Source: the human T2T-CHM13v2.0 reference genome, Homo sapiens. Taken from it: a stretch of DNA of 64,000 nt. Below, piece by piece: positions 49,280 to 64,000 of the stretch. The notes beneath the pieces are model-generated. The model was not told the DNA's origin and did not search any database. It saw nothing but the letters and a program-made list of their open reading frames with translations. The first letter of the stretch is position 1. The number at the start of each line of letters is the position of its first letter. The stretch is from NCBI RefSeq assembly GCF_009914755.1, contig NC_060934.1; one strand, written 5' to 3'. A program made the position numbers and the translations under genes.

Positions 49280-50038
49280 TTATTGATCTACTCTTTTTTT
49301 TTTTTTTTTTTTTTTTTTTTGAGACAGAGTCTTGCTCTTGTTGCCCAGGCTGGAGTGCTGTGGCGCAATCTCAGCCTTTTGGCTCACTGCACCCTCTGCC
49401 TCCCAGCAGGTTCAAGCAATTCTCCTGCCTCAGCCTCCCGAGTAGCTGGGACTACAGGCATGCGCCACCACACCCCGCTAATTTTTGTATTTTTAGTAGA
49501 GATGGGGTTTCACCATGTTTCCCAGGCTGCTCTCGAACTCCTGGCCACAAGTGATCTGCCCGCCTCAGCCTCCCAAACTGCTGGGATTACAGGCATTAGC
49601 CACCCTGCCCAGCATCCACCTTTTCATTTTAAAAGGAGTTACAAATTGACTTTCAGTAATGGTTCATGAAATGTATGTATATCTTCTTTTTACGGATATT
49701 GAAAACTCTGTGTATATGATTAATGCGCTTTTATTGGTCTTTCTTTCTAATGGAATGATTGAGTCTATTTTACTTGCTTATCCATCTCCAACAAGAATTA
49801 GTATCCTCACCCTGCCTTCCCTTGTAAATTCAGTGATTTTCCTTTTACTCCATGTATTGTCAAGTGCTTTCTCCTGAATGTTGCTAAGCTACACCTTCAT
49901 GACAATAATACATTTAGTCTCAGAAATTACAAAGTGTAATTAATTAGAAACTTCATGAGGAAATTATTTTTACTCTTTACTGAAGGTAGGTGATTTCCTT
50001 CTCTCTCTTAAGATTGTGCTCCATGCTTTCTTTTCTAG

Positions 50039-50176
50039 GTGGAATATGAAAATGTTGCCCGAGAATGTCGGCTTGGCAGCAAGGAAGGTCGTCCCTTCTC
50101 TGGGGTCACTGCTTGCCTGGACTTCTGTGCTCATCCCCACAGGGACATTCACAACATGAATAATGGAAGCACTGTG
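50039..50176 (+). CDS. TET1: TET1 exon 10 (138 bp; HxD iron-binding motif H1672/D1674 at 50138-50146)
   Basis: tttctag|GTG ... GTG|gtatgt; [13 protein letters not shown]...[19 protein letters not shown]. Confidence 0.98.
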
Positions 50177-50475
50177 GTATGTACCTGTGTGAATTTGTAT
50201 TCTAAAAGCTCCATCACTATATGCTTAGGCTGCAGTCCTTACGTATACTGTGATGACTATTACTGTGAAAAATCTTAATTTATGTGTTATTAGAAATAAG
50301 TGGAAAATAAAGTGAAAAAAAGAAATAAGTGTGTAGTGCAGGTCTTCATTAAATGCATTATCTATGCACTTCTAAAAAGTAACAGGGCCAGCTTCAAACA
50401 AACATTTTATTGAAAGGCTATGTTACATATTTAATTGTTGTGTTTTTGCTGGGAGGCAGGAGTACTTTTTTTTAA

Positions 50476-50685
<210 letters not shown>

Positions 50686-53558
50686 TAGCCAGGATGGTCT
50701 TGATCTCATGACCTCGTGATCCACCCACCTTGGCCTCGAAAAGTGCTGGGATTACAGGTGTGAGTCACCACGCCCAGCCAATTTTTTGTATTTTTAGTAG
50801 AGATGGGGTTTCACCGTGTTAGCCAGGATGGTCTTGATCTCATGACCTCGTGATCCGCCCACCTTGGCCTCCCAAAGTGCTGGGATTACAGGTGTGAGCC
50901 AACGCGCTCGGCCAATTTTTTAAAGTAACAATTCTCTGCTATCAAACTAGTAGGTATGAAGTTGAGCATGTTACTTGATATTTGTTTTTGCCATCTGCAC
51001 TTCAGGGTTTTTGTGAGGCAACTGTGCCAATTATCAGCAATATTTGCATTCTGGTATGCCTACTATGTTTATAGTTATGTAAATCATCACATGTCCATCG
51101 CCTGAAGTCAATTAAGAAATACGTAAATTAGGCAGAAGACCCAGTGGAAAATCTTGAAATAGTATTTTTGTCTGTTTGCTTCACCTGTTTGTCTTCCTGT
51201 CATCTAGTAAAGCAAGATCAATAGAGAGCAATTGCTTTTGTTTTTCTGCTGCACCAGTTTTTTAGGTTTGCCAGAGAATTCTAAAACCTTCATTAAGTCT
51301 TGGCTGCAGGATGAGCATGTTGGCTCATGTCTGTAATCCCACCTACTTCGGAGGCCAAGATAGGAGGATTGCTTGAGCCCCGGGAGTTCTAGACCAGCCT
51401 GGGCAATAAGACCCCGTCTCTTTAAAATATACAATTTTTAAAAAATAATTTTTTTTAGGTTTAGCTACAGCCTCTTACAGTGTGATTGAAAGTATATGAT
51501 CAGATCTATCAACAGGCAGTCTTTCTTCCTTGCTTGGTCAGTAGAAGAGTATTGGTGATAGATTAAGCCACAACAACTTTTTTTTTTTTTTTTTGCGTAT
51601 CATTCCTGTATACAAAAATGTTTTGCAGAGTCTTTGAGACCAATGTTATTTCTAAGTGTTGAAGTTATATAAATCCAGCCTGGTAAATACTAGCCAGGCA
51701 GTGGTTCATCACCATCACTTGGCCAGGACATTTTACCTGAATTACAGAATATCTGTGATCAGGCCGAAGTCAGTTCAGAGTCAAGCTAAGTTTCAGTTTC
51801 TCTTCTCTGCGCTCTTTGACTTCCAGGGCCCGGATTACTCACTCAATGAGGGTCTTATCCGGAACTTGACATCACTCCAAATTCCCCCATCTTCAAACAT
51901 GTGAACTCTTGAAATTCTACCACTACCTCTCCCTTCACCCTGTTTTACCATAATTTCTATTTTTTTTATTTTTTTTATTGGTTTACTCTCTACTCCTTAT
52001 TGGTTTACTTTCTAATTATGCTCCTCATGTCAACTCCTTATGTCCTTCTTAGTCTCTCTGTGACCAATTAAATTGGTTCCAGTAAACATTTATTGATGTG
52101 ACATTCTGATTTTCAGCATGACTATTATTAGTTATGAACAGATTACCACCATGACAGTTTAATATTGCAGGCTTTCTCCAGGCACCATGGCTCATGCCTG
52201 TAATCCCAGCACTTTGGGATGCTGAGGTGGAAGGATTGCTTGAACCCAGGATCTTGAGTGTAGCCTGGGCAACTTTGTGAGACCCTGTCTCTACAATTAA
52301 AAACAAAATTAGCTATGCGTGATGGTACACAACTGTACTCCCAGCTACTCGAGAGACTGAGGCAGGAGAAACACTCAAACCCAGGAGTTTGAGGCTGAAA
52401 CATATATTTATATTTTAGACTTTGCTGAAAAATGTGACTACAGATATTGAAAAAAATGAATTTTTTTAACCTTTAACTTTGCTTTACCTTGGTATCTATC
52501 AAGTTCTACCATGAATACAAAAATGCTTTGGAAATCAAATCTGTTTATTTCATTTATCTCCAGTCTTCGCTATCACTGAAAGGGTTTACAGCTCCGGGAT
52601 ATATGTTTTTATTATTAAATAAATAAAACATTTTATAGGTTTCTGTTGGATTTTTAATATTTGAAAATTAATTTGGCTGGGCCCAGTGGCTCACACCTGT
52701 AATCCCAGCACTTAGGGAGGCCAAGGTGGGTAGATCACTTGAGGAAAATTAATTACAATTAAAATATTAGTTTTATAATAAAATGTTAGTTTTTAAAGCA
52801 GAATATTAATATTAGGTATCAAAAGTCAGGAATCACTATAGTGCCTATAGTTCTGTATTTTCATTTCTCCATAATAAATATAACCTTTAATGTAAGGAGG
52901 AGGGCTAAAATAGGTTGCATTTAAGATGAAAAAAGTTGGCTATTAGTATTTCATATCCAAAGAAAGGCAAATTTATTGATATTTATTGATATGGCTCCTC
53001 ACTGGAATAGAGCAGTAATAGAACAGAAAGAGAATATTTATCAATATAAAATTAAAAAAAAATTTTTTTTAACTGTTAGCGTATAAGTCTTTCTGGAAAG
53101 AGAAATCAATTATGTCCCTGCTATCCAAGGAATGTGACATTCTTGAAATATCAGAAATATGGTGCTATGTGAGCTAAAATCATATCTTCCTAATAAGTTA
53201 TACTTAATATGAACACAATAAACATAGTTCAATAGCCATTCCTTAATTTAGGCAATGAAGTAAGATGAAATGTAACAAGAATGTTTAGTATCAAAAATAC
53301 GTAAGTATTTTATAACGTTATATTTACTTAGAAAATTAAATATTATTCTGGTCTGCCTACAAACAACTGGGAAGTTACTATGATTGAACAGAGTTGGGTG
53401 GCTTGATATAAAATAATAATATACCATCAGCAACCAATTGAAAATAAAATGGGAATACAAATCTCTTTCCCAAAGGCAACAACACGAAGGTAGGAATAGC
53501 CACAATGAATGTGCACGACCCGTATATCTTTCCCATTTCATGTTTTTCTCCCTATCAG

Positions 53559-53910
53559 GTTTGTACCTTAACTCGAGAAGATAACCGCTCTTTGGGTGTT
53601 ATTCCTCAAGATGAGCAGCTCCATGTGCTACCTCTTTATAAGCTTTCAGACACAGATGAGTTTGGCTCCAAGGAAGGAATGGAAGCCAAGATCAAATCTG
53701 GGGCCATCGAGGTCCTGGCACCCCGCCGCAAAAAAAGAACGTGTTTCACTCAGCCTGTTCCCCGTTCTGGAAAGAAGAGGGCTGCGATGATGACAGAGGT
53801 TCTTGCACATAAGATAAGGGCAGTGGAAAAGAAACCTATTCCCCGAATCAAGCGGAAGAATAACTCAACAACAACAAACAACAGTAAGCCTTCGTCACTG
53901 CCAACCTTAG
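53559..53910 (+). CDS. TET1: TET1 exon 11 (352 bp; DSBH and start of low-complexity insert, basic NLS-like PRRKKR)
   Basis: cctatcag|GTT ... TTAG|gtgagc; [27 protein letters not shown]... Confidence 0.97.
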
Positions 53911-54004
53911 GTGAGCCCTATGGAACCTGGTAATCTCTGCACAACTTTGATGGATAGATGTGTTTGGACTTTGCCTTGCCTTATTTGTTTAGAGTTAAAA
54001 CTAA

Positions 54005-54295
<291 letters not shown>

Positions 54296-55319
54296 TAGGC
54301 AGGATGGTCTCGATCTCCTGACCTCTTGATCCGCCCCCGCCCCCCCGCCCCCGCCTTGGGCTCCCAAAGTGCTGGGATTACAGGTGTGAGCCACCGCGCC
54401 CGGCCTACTTATCCTTTTTTATACTTTAACATATTCTTTTTTTATGGCATGGGGAGGGGTCTCACTTTATTGCCCAGGCTGGCTTGGCACGCCTTGGCTT
54501 AAGCAATAATCCCACCTCAGCCTCCTCCAGAGTAGCTGGAACTACAGGCACACAGCACTGTGCCCAGCTAATTTTAACATGTTCTTATCATTGTTCCTGT
54601 GAATTTCCCCATCTAATTCGAAGCCCTACTCGTTGTTGGCATAGATAAGAGACATGACTTTCGGGATGCCTTCCTTGGTCACCTTTACCATCAATTTAAG
54701 CAATAATTAAATAAATATTACTAAACACCACTTTCAACAGTGGTATTGTGGGTTGTCGTTGTTGTTTTTGTTTTGTTTCTTTGTTATTTTGTTTTTGTTT
54801 GTGGAGACAAGATCTAGCTCTCTTGCCCAGGCTCTGGAGTGCATGCAGTGGCGTGATCATGGCTCACCACAGCCTCAACCTTCCAGGCTCAAGCAATCCT
54901 CCCACCTCAGCCTCCCAAGTAGCTGAGACTGTAGTGTGTGTGCCACTGTGTCTAGCTAATTATTGTATTTTTTATAGAGATAGGGTTTCACCTGTTTGCC
55001 AGGCTGATCTGGAACTCCTGGACTCAAATGATTCTCCCAAATTGGTGTAATTACAGGCATGAGCCATCACACCTGGCTTGATTTGTTGATTATAAAGTCT
55101 CGTTAGTTTTGGTTTTGGGTTTTGGGTTTTGGGGTTTTTTTTAAAAGACAGAGTCTTGCTATGTTGCCAAAGCTGGAGTACAATGGCTATTCACAGACAC
55201 AATCATAGCACACTGCTGCCTCAAACTCTGGGATCCCATGGGAACCTCTCTAGCAGCTAGAACTATAGGCGTGCACCACACCTGGCTCTTACCAGCTTTT
55301 CGCCTAATATATATTTTGA

Positions 55320-55871
<552 letters not shown>

Positions 55872-56680
55872 TGATCTGCCCGCCTCAGCCTCCCAAAGTG
55901 CTGGGATTACAGGCGTGAGCCACCGTGCCCGGCCTACTTTCTTAACTTCTATAACAAGTTGTTCCAGGCTTATCTATATAATTCTGCCCCATATTTAAAA
56001 TCAGCCATTTCTTTGATGAGCCTATAGAAGGAAAAAAAAATCATGAATTCATACTGACACTCAAAATTAACATTATAATGTATTCCTTAGCTTCTTTCAT
56101 TTTTACATTTATGAGAAGCTGTTTATTTGTTTTTATAACATGAGCAGAGTTGGCAGTGCAGGCATTTATATAATGCTGAAAGAAATGCAATAATACAGAG
56201 AAATACTGAGAAGAAATGTATATTCCCAGATATTTGTAAGCATAATGTACAATACTTGGGCCATAATGTCCTTTTGTAATTCTACCCCTCAGTCATTTAG
56301 TCTTTCCTTCCCATCATTTACCTTCTGTGGACAACTTAACCTCTATAATAATAGTGCCACTGATAACAATAGAGGTTTCCTGATGTACCATTTCTGGGTC
56401 TTATGTATGCGTTATCTTTAGAAATGAGAGCTCTCAAGGCTCCAGGTTGTAGCATCTGAGAGGAGAACTGCAGAGCTTCTGAAATTGATCATTATGTATT
56501 ATATTATCAATTTATTATATTTTTAATTACTTTAAAACATGGCTGCTTTACCTTTTCTTGGTCCTAAGATTTGCTGGTTTTGCACTTCCAAATAGTTTTT
56601 TAGAAGTTCACAACAGGGGCTAGGCGTGGTGGCTCATGCCTGTAATCCCATCACTTTGGGAGGCAGAGGCGGGCGGATCA

Positions 56681-57013
<333 letters not shown>

Positions 57014-58005
57014 TCAAGGAAAATGTTCCCATTGGATGTGAGATTTATGTGGATGTGTCAGAGCAAATAACCCACAGTTGACATCTTGAGAGTAATGATC
57101 TCCTTCCTTAATGAGAAGGAAACTAAGCTGAAATACTCTTGCTTTTGAGGGTCACAAAGATTTATATTCAAGTACAATATTTTGCTTGACTTCCCTCTGC
57201 CTAACCTTGGACTTTGCCAGTTAAGATGTTTTGTTACCTAGAAATATTTATAAACTATTACTTGTTTTTACTTTTTAAAATATAGGGTCATACAATGCCT
57301 AAAACGTATCTAAATATCTTTGAATAGTTAAATATTGCTGTATGTGATTGTATTACAATACCTGCACAATATTACAACATTTAGTTGTATTACTTACTTC
57401 CTACCTAATTAGTTCAATTCTAATATTTTACTATTTCAAACAATGAACAGCCATCCTTTTGGCTAGATTTTTGCACTTATTTATGCCTCTTTCCCAAAGG
57501 AAGAGTTCTTTAAAGAAAATTATGGCCGGGCGCAGTAGCTCAAGCCTGTAATCCCAGCACTTTGGGAGGCCGAGGTGGGTGGATCATGAGGTCAGGAGAT
57601 CGAGACCATCCTGGCTAACACGGTGAAACCCTGTCTCTACTAAAAAATACAAAAAATTAGCCAGGCGTGGTGGCAGGCGCCTGTAGTCCCAGCTACTCGG
57701 GAGGCTGAGGCAGGAGAATGGCATGAGCCGAGATCGTGCCACTGCACTCCAGCCTGGGGGACAGAGCGAGACTCCGTCTCCAAAAAAAACATAAAAATAA
57801 AAATTATTAGATGAAAAATTATACAAAACTACATAAAATTTTTAATTCGTGTTTGTGATTTGAAATGAACAGAACAAAACCAACCAACACAACATCAGCG
57901 TTTTCTTATATAATTCTTTGTACTTGTCTTTGAAAATACTTTTTAAAAGGCAACCCCTACCAAAAGTAATTTGTATTTTTCTTCACATTTGGTGTCCTTG
58001 TTTAG

Positions 58006-59012
58006 GGAGTAACACTGAGACCGTGCAACCTGAAGTAAAAAGTGAAACCGAACCCCATTTTATCTTAAAAAGTTCAGACAACACTAAAACTTATTCGCTG
58101 ATGCCATCCGCTCCTCACCCAGTGAAAGAGGCATCTCCAGGCTTCTCCTGGTCCCCGAAGACTGCTTCAGCCACACCAGCTCCACTGAAGAATGACGCAA
58201 CAGCCTCATGCGGGTTTTCAGAAAGAAGCAGCACTCCCCACTGTACGATGCCTTCGGGAAGACTCAGTGGTGCCAATGCAGCTGCTGCTGATGGCCCTGG
58301 CATTTCACAGCTTGGCGAAGTGGCTCCTCTCCCCACCCTGTCTGCTCCTGTGATGGAGCCCCTCATTAATTCTGAGCCTTCCACTGGTGTGACTGAGCCG
58401 CTAACGCCTCATCAGCCAAACCACCAGCCCTCCTTCCTCACCTCTCCTCAAGACCTTGCCTCTTCTCCAATGGAAGAAGATGAGCAGCATTCTGAAGCAG
58501 ATGAGCCTCCATCAGACGAACCCCTATCTGATGACCCCCTGTCACCTGCTGAGGAGAAATTGCCCCACATTGATGAGTATTGGTCAGACAGTGAGCACAT
58601 CTTTTTGGATGCAAATATTGGTGGGGTGGCCATCGCACCTGCTCACGGCTCGGTTTTGATTGAGTGTGCCCGGCGAGAGCTGCACGCTACCACTCCTGTT
58701 GAGCACCCCAACCGTAATCATCCAACCCGCCTCTCCCTTGTCTTTTACCAGCACAAAAACCTAAATAAGCCCCAACATGGTTTTGAACTAAACAAGATTA
58801 AGTTTGAGGCTAAAGAAGCTAAGAATAAGAAAATGAAGGCCTCAGAGCAAAAAGACCAGGCAGCTAATGAAGGTCCAGAACAGTCCTCTGAAGTAAATGA
58901 ATTGAACCAAATTCCTTCTCATAAAGCATTAACATTAACCCATGACAATGTTGTCACCGTGTCCCCTTATGCTCTCACACACGTTGCGGGGCCCTATAAC
59001 CATTGGGTCTGA
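58006..59012 (+). CDS. TET1: TET1 exon 12 coding part (H2028 at 58683, R2043 at 58728, stop TGA 59010-59012)
   Basis: tgtttag|GG; ...[25 protein letters not shown]...[12 protein letters not shown]...GPYNHWV*; exon lengths sum to a 2136-aa protein if exon 4 starts at codon 657. Confidence 0.98.
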
Positions 59013-59063
59013 AGGCTTTTCTCCCCCTCTTAATGCCTTTGCTAGTGCAGTGTATTTTTTCAA

Positions 59064-60556
59064 GGTGCTGTTAAAAGAAAGTCATGTTGTCGTTTACTAT
59101 CTTCATCTCACCCATTTCAAGTCTGAGGTAAAAAAATAATAATGATAACAAAACGGGGTGGGTATTCTTAACTGTGACTATATTTTGACAATTGGTAGAA
59201 GGTGCACATTTTAAGCAAAAATAAAAGTTTTATAGTTTTAAATACATAAAGAAATGTTTCAGTTAGGCATTAACCTTGATAGAATCACTCAGTTTGGTGC
59301 TTTAAATTAAGTCTGTTTACTATGAAACAAGAGTCATTTTTAGAGGATTTTAACAGGTTCATGTTCTATGATGTAAAATCAAGACACACAGTGTTAACTC
59401 TACACAGCTTCTGGTGCTTAACCACATCCACACAGTTAAAAATAAGCTGAATTATTATTTCATGGTGCCATTGTTCCAACATCTTCCAATCATTGCTAGA
59501 AAATTGGCATATTCCTTTGAAATAAACTTATGAAATGTTTTCTCTCTTAAAATATTTCTCCTGTGTAAAATAAATCATTGTTGTTAGTAATGGTTGGAGG
59601 CTGTTCATAAATTGTAAATATATATTTTAAAAGCACTTTCTATTTTTAAAAGTAACTTGAAATAATATAGTATAAGAATCCTATTGTCTATTGTTTGTGC
59701 ATATTTGCATACAAGAGAAATCATTTATCCTTGCTGTGTAGAGTTCCATCTTGTTAACTGCAGTATGTATTCTAATCATGTATATGGTTTGTGTTCTTTT
59801 ACTGTGTCCTCTCACATTCAAGTATTAGCAACTTGCAGTATATAAAATAGTTAGATAATGAGAAGTTGTTAATTATCTCTAAAATTGGAATTAGGAAGCA
59901 TATCACCAATATTGATTAACATTCTCTTTGGAACTAGGTAAGAGTGGTCTCTTCTTATTGAACAACCTCAATTTAGTTTCATCCCACCTTTCTCAGTATA
60001 ATCCATGAGAGGTGTTTCCAAAAGGAGATGAGGGAACAGGATAGGTTTCAGAAGAGTCAAATGCTTCTAATGTCTCAAGGTGATAAAATACAAAAACTAA
60101 GTAGACAGATATTTGTACTGAAGTCTGATACAGAATTAGAAAAAAAAAATTCTTGTTGAAATATTTTGAAAACAAATTCCCTACTATCATCACATGCCTC
60201 CCCAACCCCAAGTCAAAAACAAGAGGAATGGTACTACAAACATGGCTTTGTCCATTAAGAGCTAATTCATTTGTTTATCTTAGCATACTAGATTTGGGAA
60301 AATGATAACTCATCTTTTCTGATAATTGCCTATGTTCTAGGTAACAGGAAAACAGGCATTAAGTTTATTTTAGTCTTCCCATTTTCTTCCTATTACTTTA
60401 TTGACTCATTTTATTGCAAAACAAAAAGGATTACCCAAACAACATGTTTCGAACAAGGAGAATTTTCAATGAAATACTTGATTCTGTTAAAATGCAGAGG
60501 TGCTATAACATTCAAAGTGTCAGATTCCTTGGGAGTATGGAAAACCTAATGGTGCT
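59064..60556 (+). promoter_or_regulatory. miR-29 seed-site cluster in TET1 3' UTR
   Basis: TGGTGCT at 59295, 59412, 60550; GGTGCTA at 60499; GGTGCT at 59064; miR-29 repression of TET genes is established. Confidence 0.8.
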
Positions 60557-61648
60557 TCTCCCTTGGAAATGCCATAGGAAGCCCACAACCGCTAACACTT
60601 ACAATTTTGGTGCAAAAGCAAACAGTTCCAGCAGGCTCTCTAAAGAAAAACTCATTGTAACTTATTAAAATAATATCTGGTGCAAAGTATCTGTTTTGAG
60701 CTTTTGACTAATCCAAGTAAAGGAATATGAAGGGATTGTAAAAAACAAAATGTCCATTGATAGACCATCGTGTACAAGTAGATTTCTGCTTGTTGAATAT
60801 GTAAAATAGGGTAATTCATTGACTTGTTTTAGTATTTTGTGTGCCTTAGATTTCCGTTTTAAGACATGTATATTTTTGTGAGCCTAAGGTTTCTTATATA
60901 CATATAAGTATATAAATAAGTGATTGTTTATTGCTTCAGCTGCTTCAACAAGATATTTACTAGTATTAGACTATCAGGAATACACCCTTGCGAGATTATG
61001 TTTTAGATTTTAGGCCTTAGCTCCCACTAGAAATTATTTCTTCACCAGATTTAATGGATAAAGTTTTATGGCTCTTTATGCATCCACTCATCTACTCATT
61101 CTTCGAGTCTACACTTATTGAATGCCTGCAAAATCTAAGTATCACTTTTATTTTTCTTTGGATCACCACCTATGACATAGTAAACTTGAAGAATAAAAAC
61201 TACCCTCAGAAATATTTTTAAAAGAAGTAGCAAATTATCTTCAGTATAATCCATGGTAATGTATGCAGTAATTCAAATTGATCTCTCTCTCAATAGGTTT
61301 CTTAACAATCTAAACTTGAAACATCAATGTTAATTTTTGGAACTATTGGGATTTGTGACGCTTGTTGCAGTTTACCAAAACAAGTATTTGAAAATATATA
61401 GTATCAACTGAAATGTTTCCATTCCGTTGTTGTAGTTAACATCATGAATGGACTTCTTAAGCTGATTACCCCACTGTGGGAACCAAATTGGATTCCTACT
61501 TTGTTGGACTCTCTTTCCTGATTTTAACAATTTACCATCCCATTCTCTGCCCTGTGATTTTTTTTAAAAGCTTATTCAATGTTCTGCAGCATTGTGATTG
61601 TATGCTGGCTACACTGCTTTTAGAATGCTCTTTCTCATGAAGCAAGGA

Positions 61649-61654
61649 AATAAA
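61649..61654 (+). terminator. likely TET1 polyadenylation signal
   Basis: AATAAA ~25 nt before ...ttttctctca. Confidence 0.7.
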
Positions 61655-61952
61655 TTTGTTTGAAATGACATTTTCTCTCATAAAACTGGTCATCTAACAT
61701 TATTTCTACCCCTCTATTATGTTTTACTGTAATGATCACCTTTTCTTATACCTCTCTTATAACACTTAAATTGGGTTTTAAATCTGCGTTTGTTCATAGT
61801 ATGATCATTGAATTCACTGATACATGACCTCCTAATAGCCCACTCAGTTCATAATATGCTACAAACTTACCAATTTTAATGAGAGAATAATTCCTGCCTA
61901 TTGCAGAATCGTACAAAATATCATGCTGCCCTTGATATTCCATTTCTTTTTT

Positions 61953-61986
<34 letters not shown>

Positions 61987-64000
61987 TTTGGAGAGACTGT
62001 CTCACTATGTTGCCCAGGCTGGTCTCAAACTCTTGGCCCCAAGAGATCCTCCTGCTTCAGCCTCCTAAAGTGCAAGGATGATAGGCATGAGCCACTCCAC
62101 CTGGCCTGAAATTCCATTTCTAATGGCTCTTCAGCCATTGTTGAAATTTCTTTTTTTTCTTGTGCTTGTCTGTCTCACCTACCTCTTGTTTCCAATTCAT
62201 CTACAAAGTACCAAATAGACCAGGTCATAAACATAATTGAAATACATTCTTATTGGAAAGTGAGGCTATCTGAAAAGGCATAGCTGTAGGCAAATTATTG
62301 CAACATGTTTACATCTTAAATAACTTTCCAACATCTTTGTTACTCCGTCTGCATGTTGATAATTTCATTTATTAAATATAGAACTTCAACTAGATGAGAT
62401 CCATAAGTAATTTACTTAAGACATAAACTCAATACATATTTAATTGAATGCATACCCTTGTGTAAATAAGCTACTGATTTAATTCACATGACTAACCTAC
62501 TTTCTAACATTATTACAGTGGATTTCTACTGATAACATTTCACAATAGCGTGTGTGAAAATAACCCTGAACCAGTTTTTAAAACAAAAATTATATTGACT
62601 TTTTATCTGGGACATAGGACTTTATTGCACGAAACTTCCACTGACAGGGGCACAGCATTTCCTTCGCATGTGCCAACTAAATCAGTAGCTGTATGCAAAC
62701 TTTAATAGATTTATAGCTACTACCTTCAATTTCACACCTTGATGCATGGAAATCTTTTTTATCTAGATTTAATACAACTGTGAGTTTTGATCTTTTATAG
62801 AGATTTATGACAAGAGAATTTTGAAATAAGTTCATATAGTAGTGGCCTCTCATAGCAATGGAAGACACCTGAGAAATCACAGAGCTCAATCACTGGGGCC
62901 CAGAGAGCAGATCTTAATGCTAGATTGTAATTAGAATTTCAATAGATGAAGGCCACTTTGTGTTGAGAACTGTAGGGAAACTTGATTTTCTTACCCAAAG
63001 GGTATTTTATCACTGGGAAATAAACAAGTATCAGATGCTTATACAGTATAGGCTTTCAATTCCGCTGGAACTAGTGTTAAGCATATACAAGAAGTTATAA
63101 AGGCATGGATGATTGAAATAATTAAGGAAAGTGTATTTCCACTGTATATACTACCTAGCCATGCTTACAAAGTTCATTCATGCCCTTTGCCTAGTTAGCC
63201 TCACAATTAAGCCCCAGCATAGTTTATTTTGATGTAGCTGTCTACATGTATTGGAATACTATTTTATTGCACATAGCTTCTAAACTTGCCCATAAGTATA
63301 TTGAACACCAGTTGTGTGGCACACTCAACCAAGTGAATGTAATCAATACGTAATTGCTGAAGGAGTCTGGATTTATCCAAATCAAATTATGCTCCATGTT
63401 GAGCTACCTCTTAACAGCTTTAGAAAATGATGTCATCCATTGCTCTGGAATGCAGTTCAGAAAGTCAGACTCAGTATGTCCATCAGAAATTAAATTTGTG
63501 TGTTTTCATAGAATGTATTGAGATTTATTGAAATGTTCTTGCTTTTCCTATATGTATAAAGGGGAAACTGAGTTCCTTTATTACTTCCTGAGAAGGTAGA
63601 GCTGACTTTTATGCAGGATATCATCACTATTTTTGTCTGCATTGATAGCTACAAATTTTATTATTATTTTTTTGGTACAAATTTTAATTCTCTACCTTTC
63701 AGTGTCTGGATGACTTTTTAATTCCCTATTTCTTCTGGGCTTCCAATCATATACCATTGTTTGCTTCAAAAGGGATATATTATACTCTCTCTAGTAATCC
63801 AAAGGTATTCCTAATTTTGCCACTCCTCATTTTCGCTTCTCTTTAAGGGCCTTATAGTATGTTCTAATTTCTCATTTGGTAGTATGCAACATTCAATATT
63901 TCTAGCTCTAAAGTTCCATCATTAATTATTTCTTTTTTTCTTTTTTTTTTTCTTTTTTTGAGACGGAGTCTTGCTCTGTCGCCCAGGCTGGAGTGCGGTG

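Larger units (their letters stand above)
59013..61680 (+). other. TET1: TET1 3' UTR (end approximate)
   Basis: Repeat-free AT-rich stretch after the stop; AATAAA at 61649-61654 followed by a plausible CA cleavage site near 61680. Confidence 0.8.

Noticed and set aside
57918-58005. N-terminal extension of the 364-aa ORF (likewise for the ORFs over exons 6, 7, 8 and 11)
   Set aside because: Intronic sequence upstream of the true acceptor that happens to be open.

Overview
Human, Alu-dense genomic DNA carrying the 3' part of TET1 (methylcytosine dioxygenase) on the + strand. The window runs from the end of intron 3 through exons 4-12 (all GT-AG, phases consistent), the ~2.7 kb 3' UTR and ~2.3 kb of downstream sequence. 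If exon 4 starts at codon 657, the exons finish a 2136-aa protein, with the Fe/2OG ligands H1672, D1674, H2028 and R2043 at the expected codons. The sequence carries the Met allele at codon 1123. The introns hold dozens of Alus, a full-length RPS3A processed pseudogene, the tail of a second processed pseudogene, a near-complete HSMAR2 mariner, half a MADE1, a 7SL fragment, and MER/L1/MIR/MLT relics. This is a well-studied locus and I see no new gene. The best leads are: (i) a 359-bp circularly permuted Alu unit bounded by AGGAG repeats, which looks like a re-integrated DNA circle; (ii) a strong cryptic poison or terminal exon in intron 4 beside an AP-1/ARE doublet; (iii) a foreign fragment inside the Alu that splits HSMAR2; (iv) a stop-free, frame-closed exon 4-6 circle; (v) a second SIN3-interaction-like helix. 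Repeat family names and boundaries come from recalled consensus sequences and are approximate.
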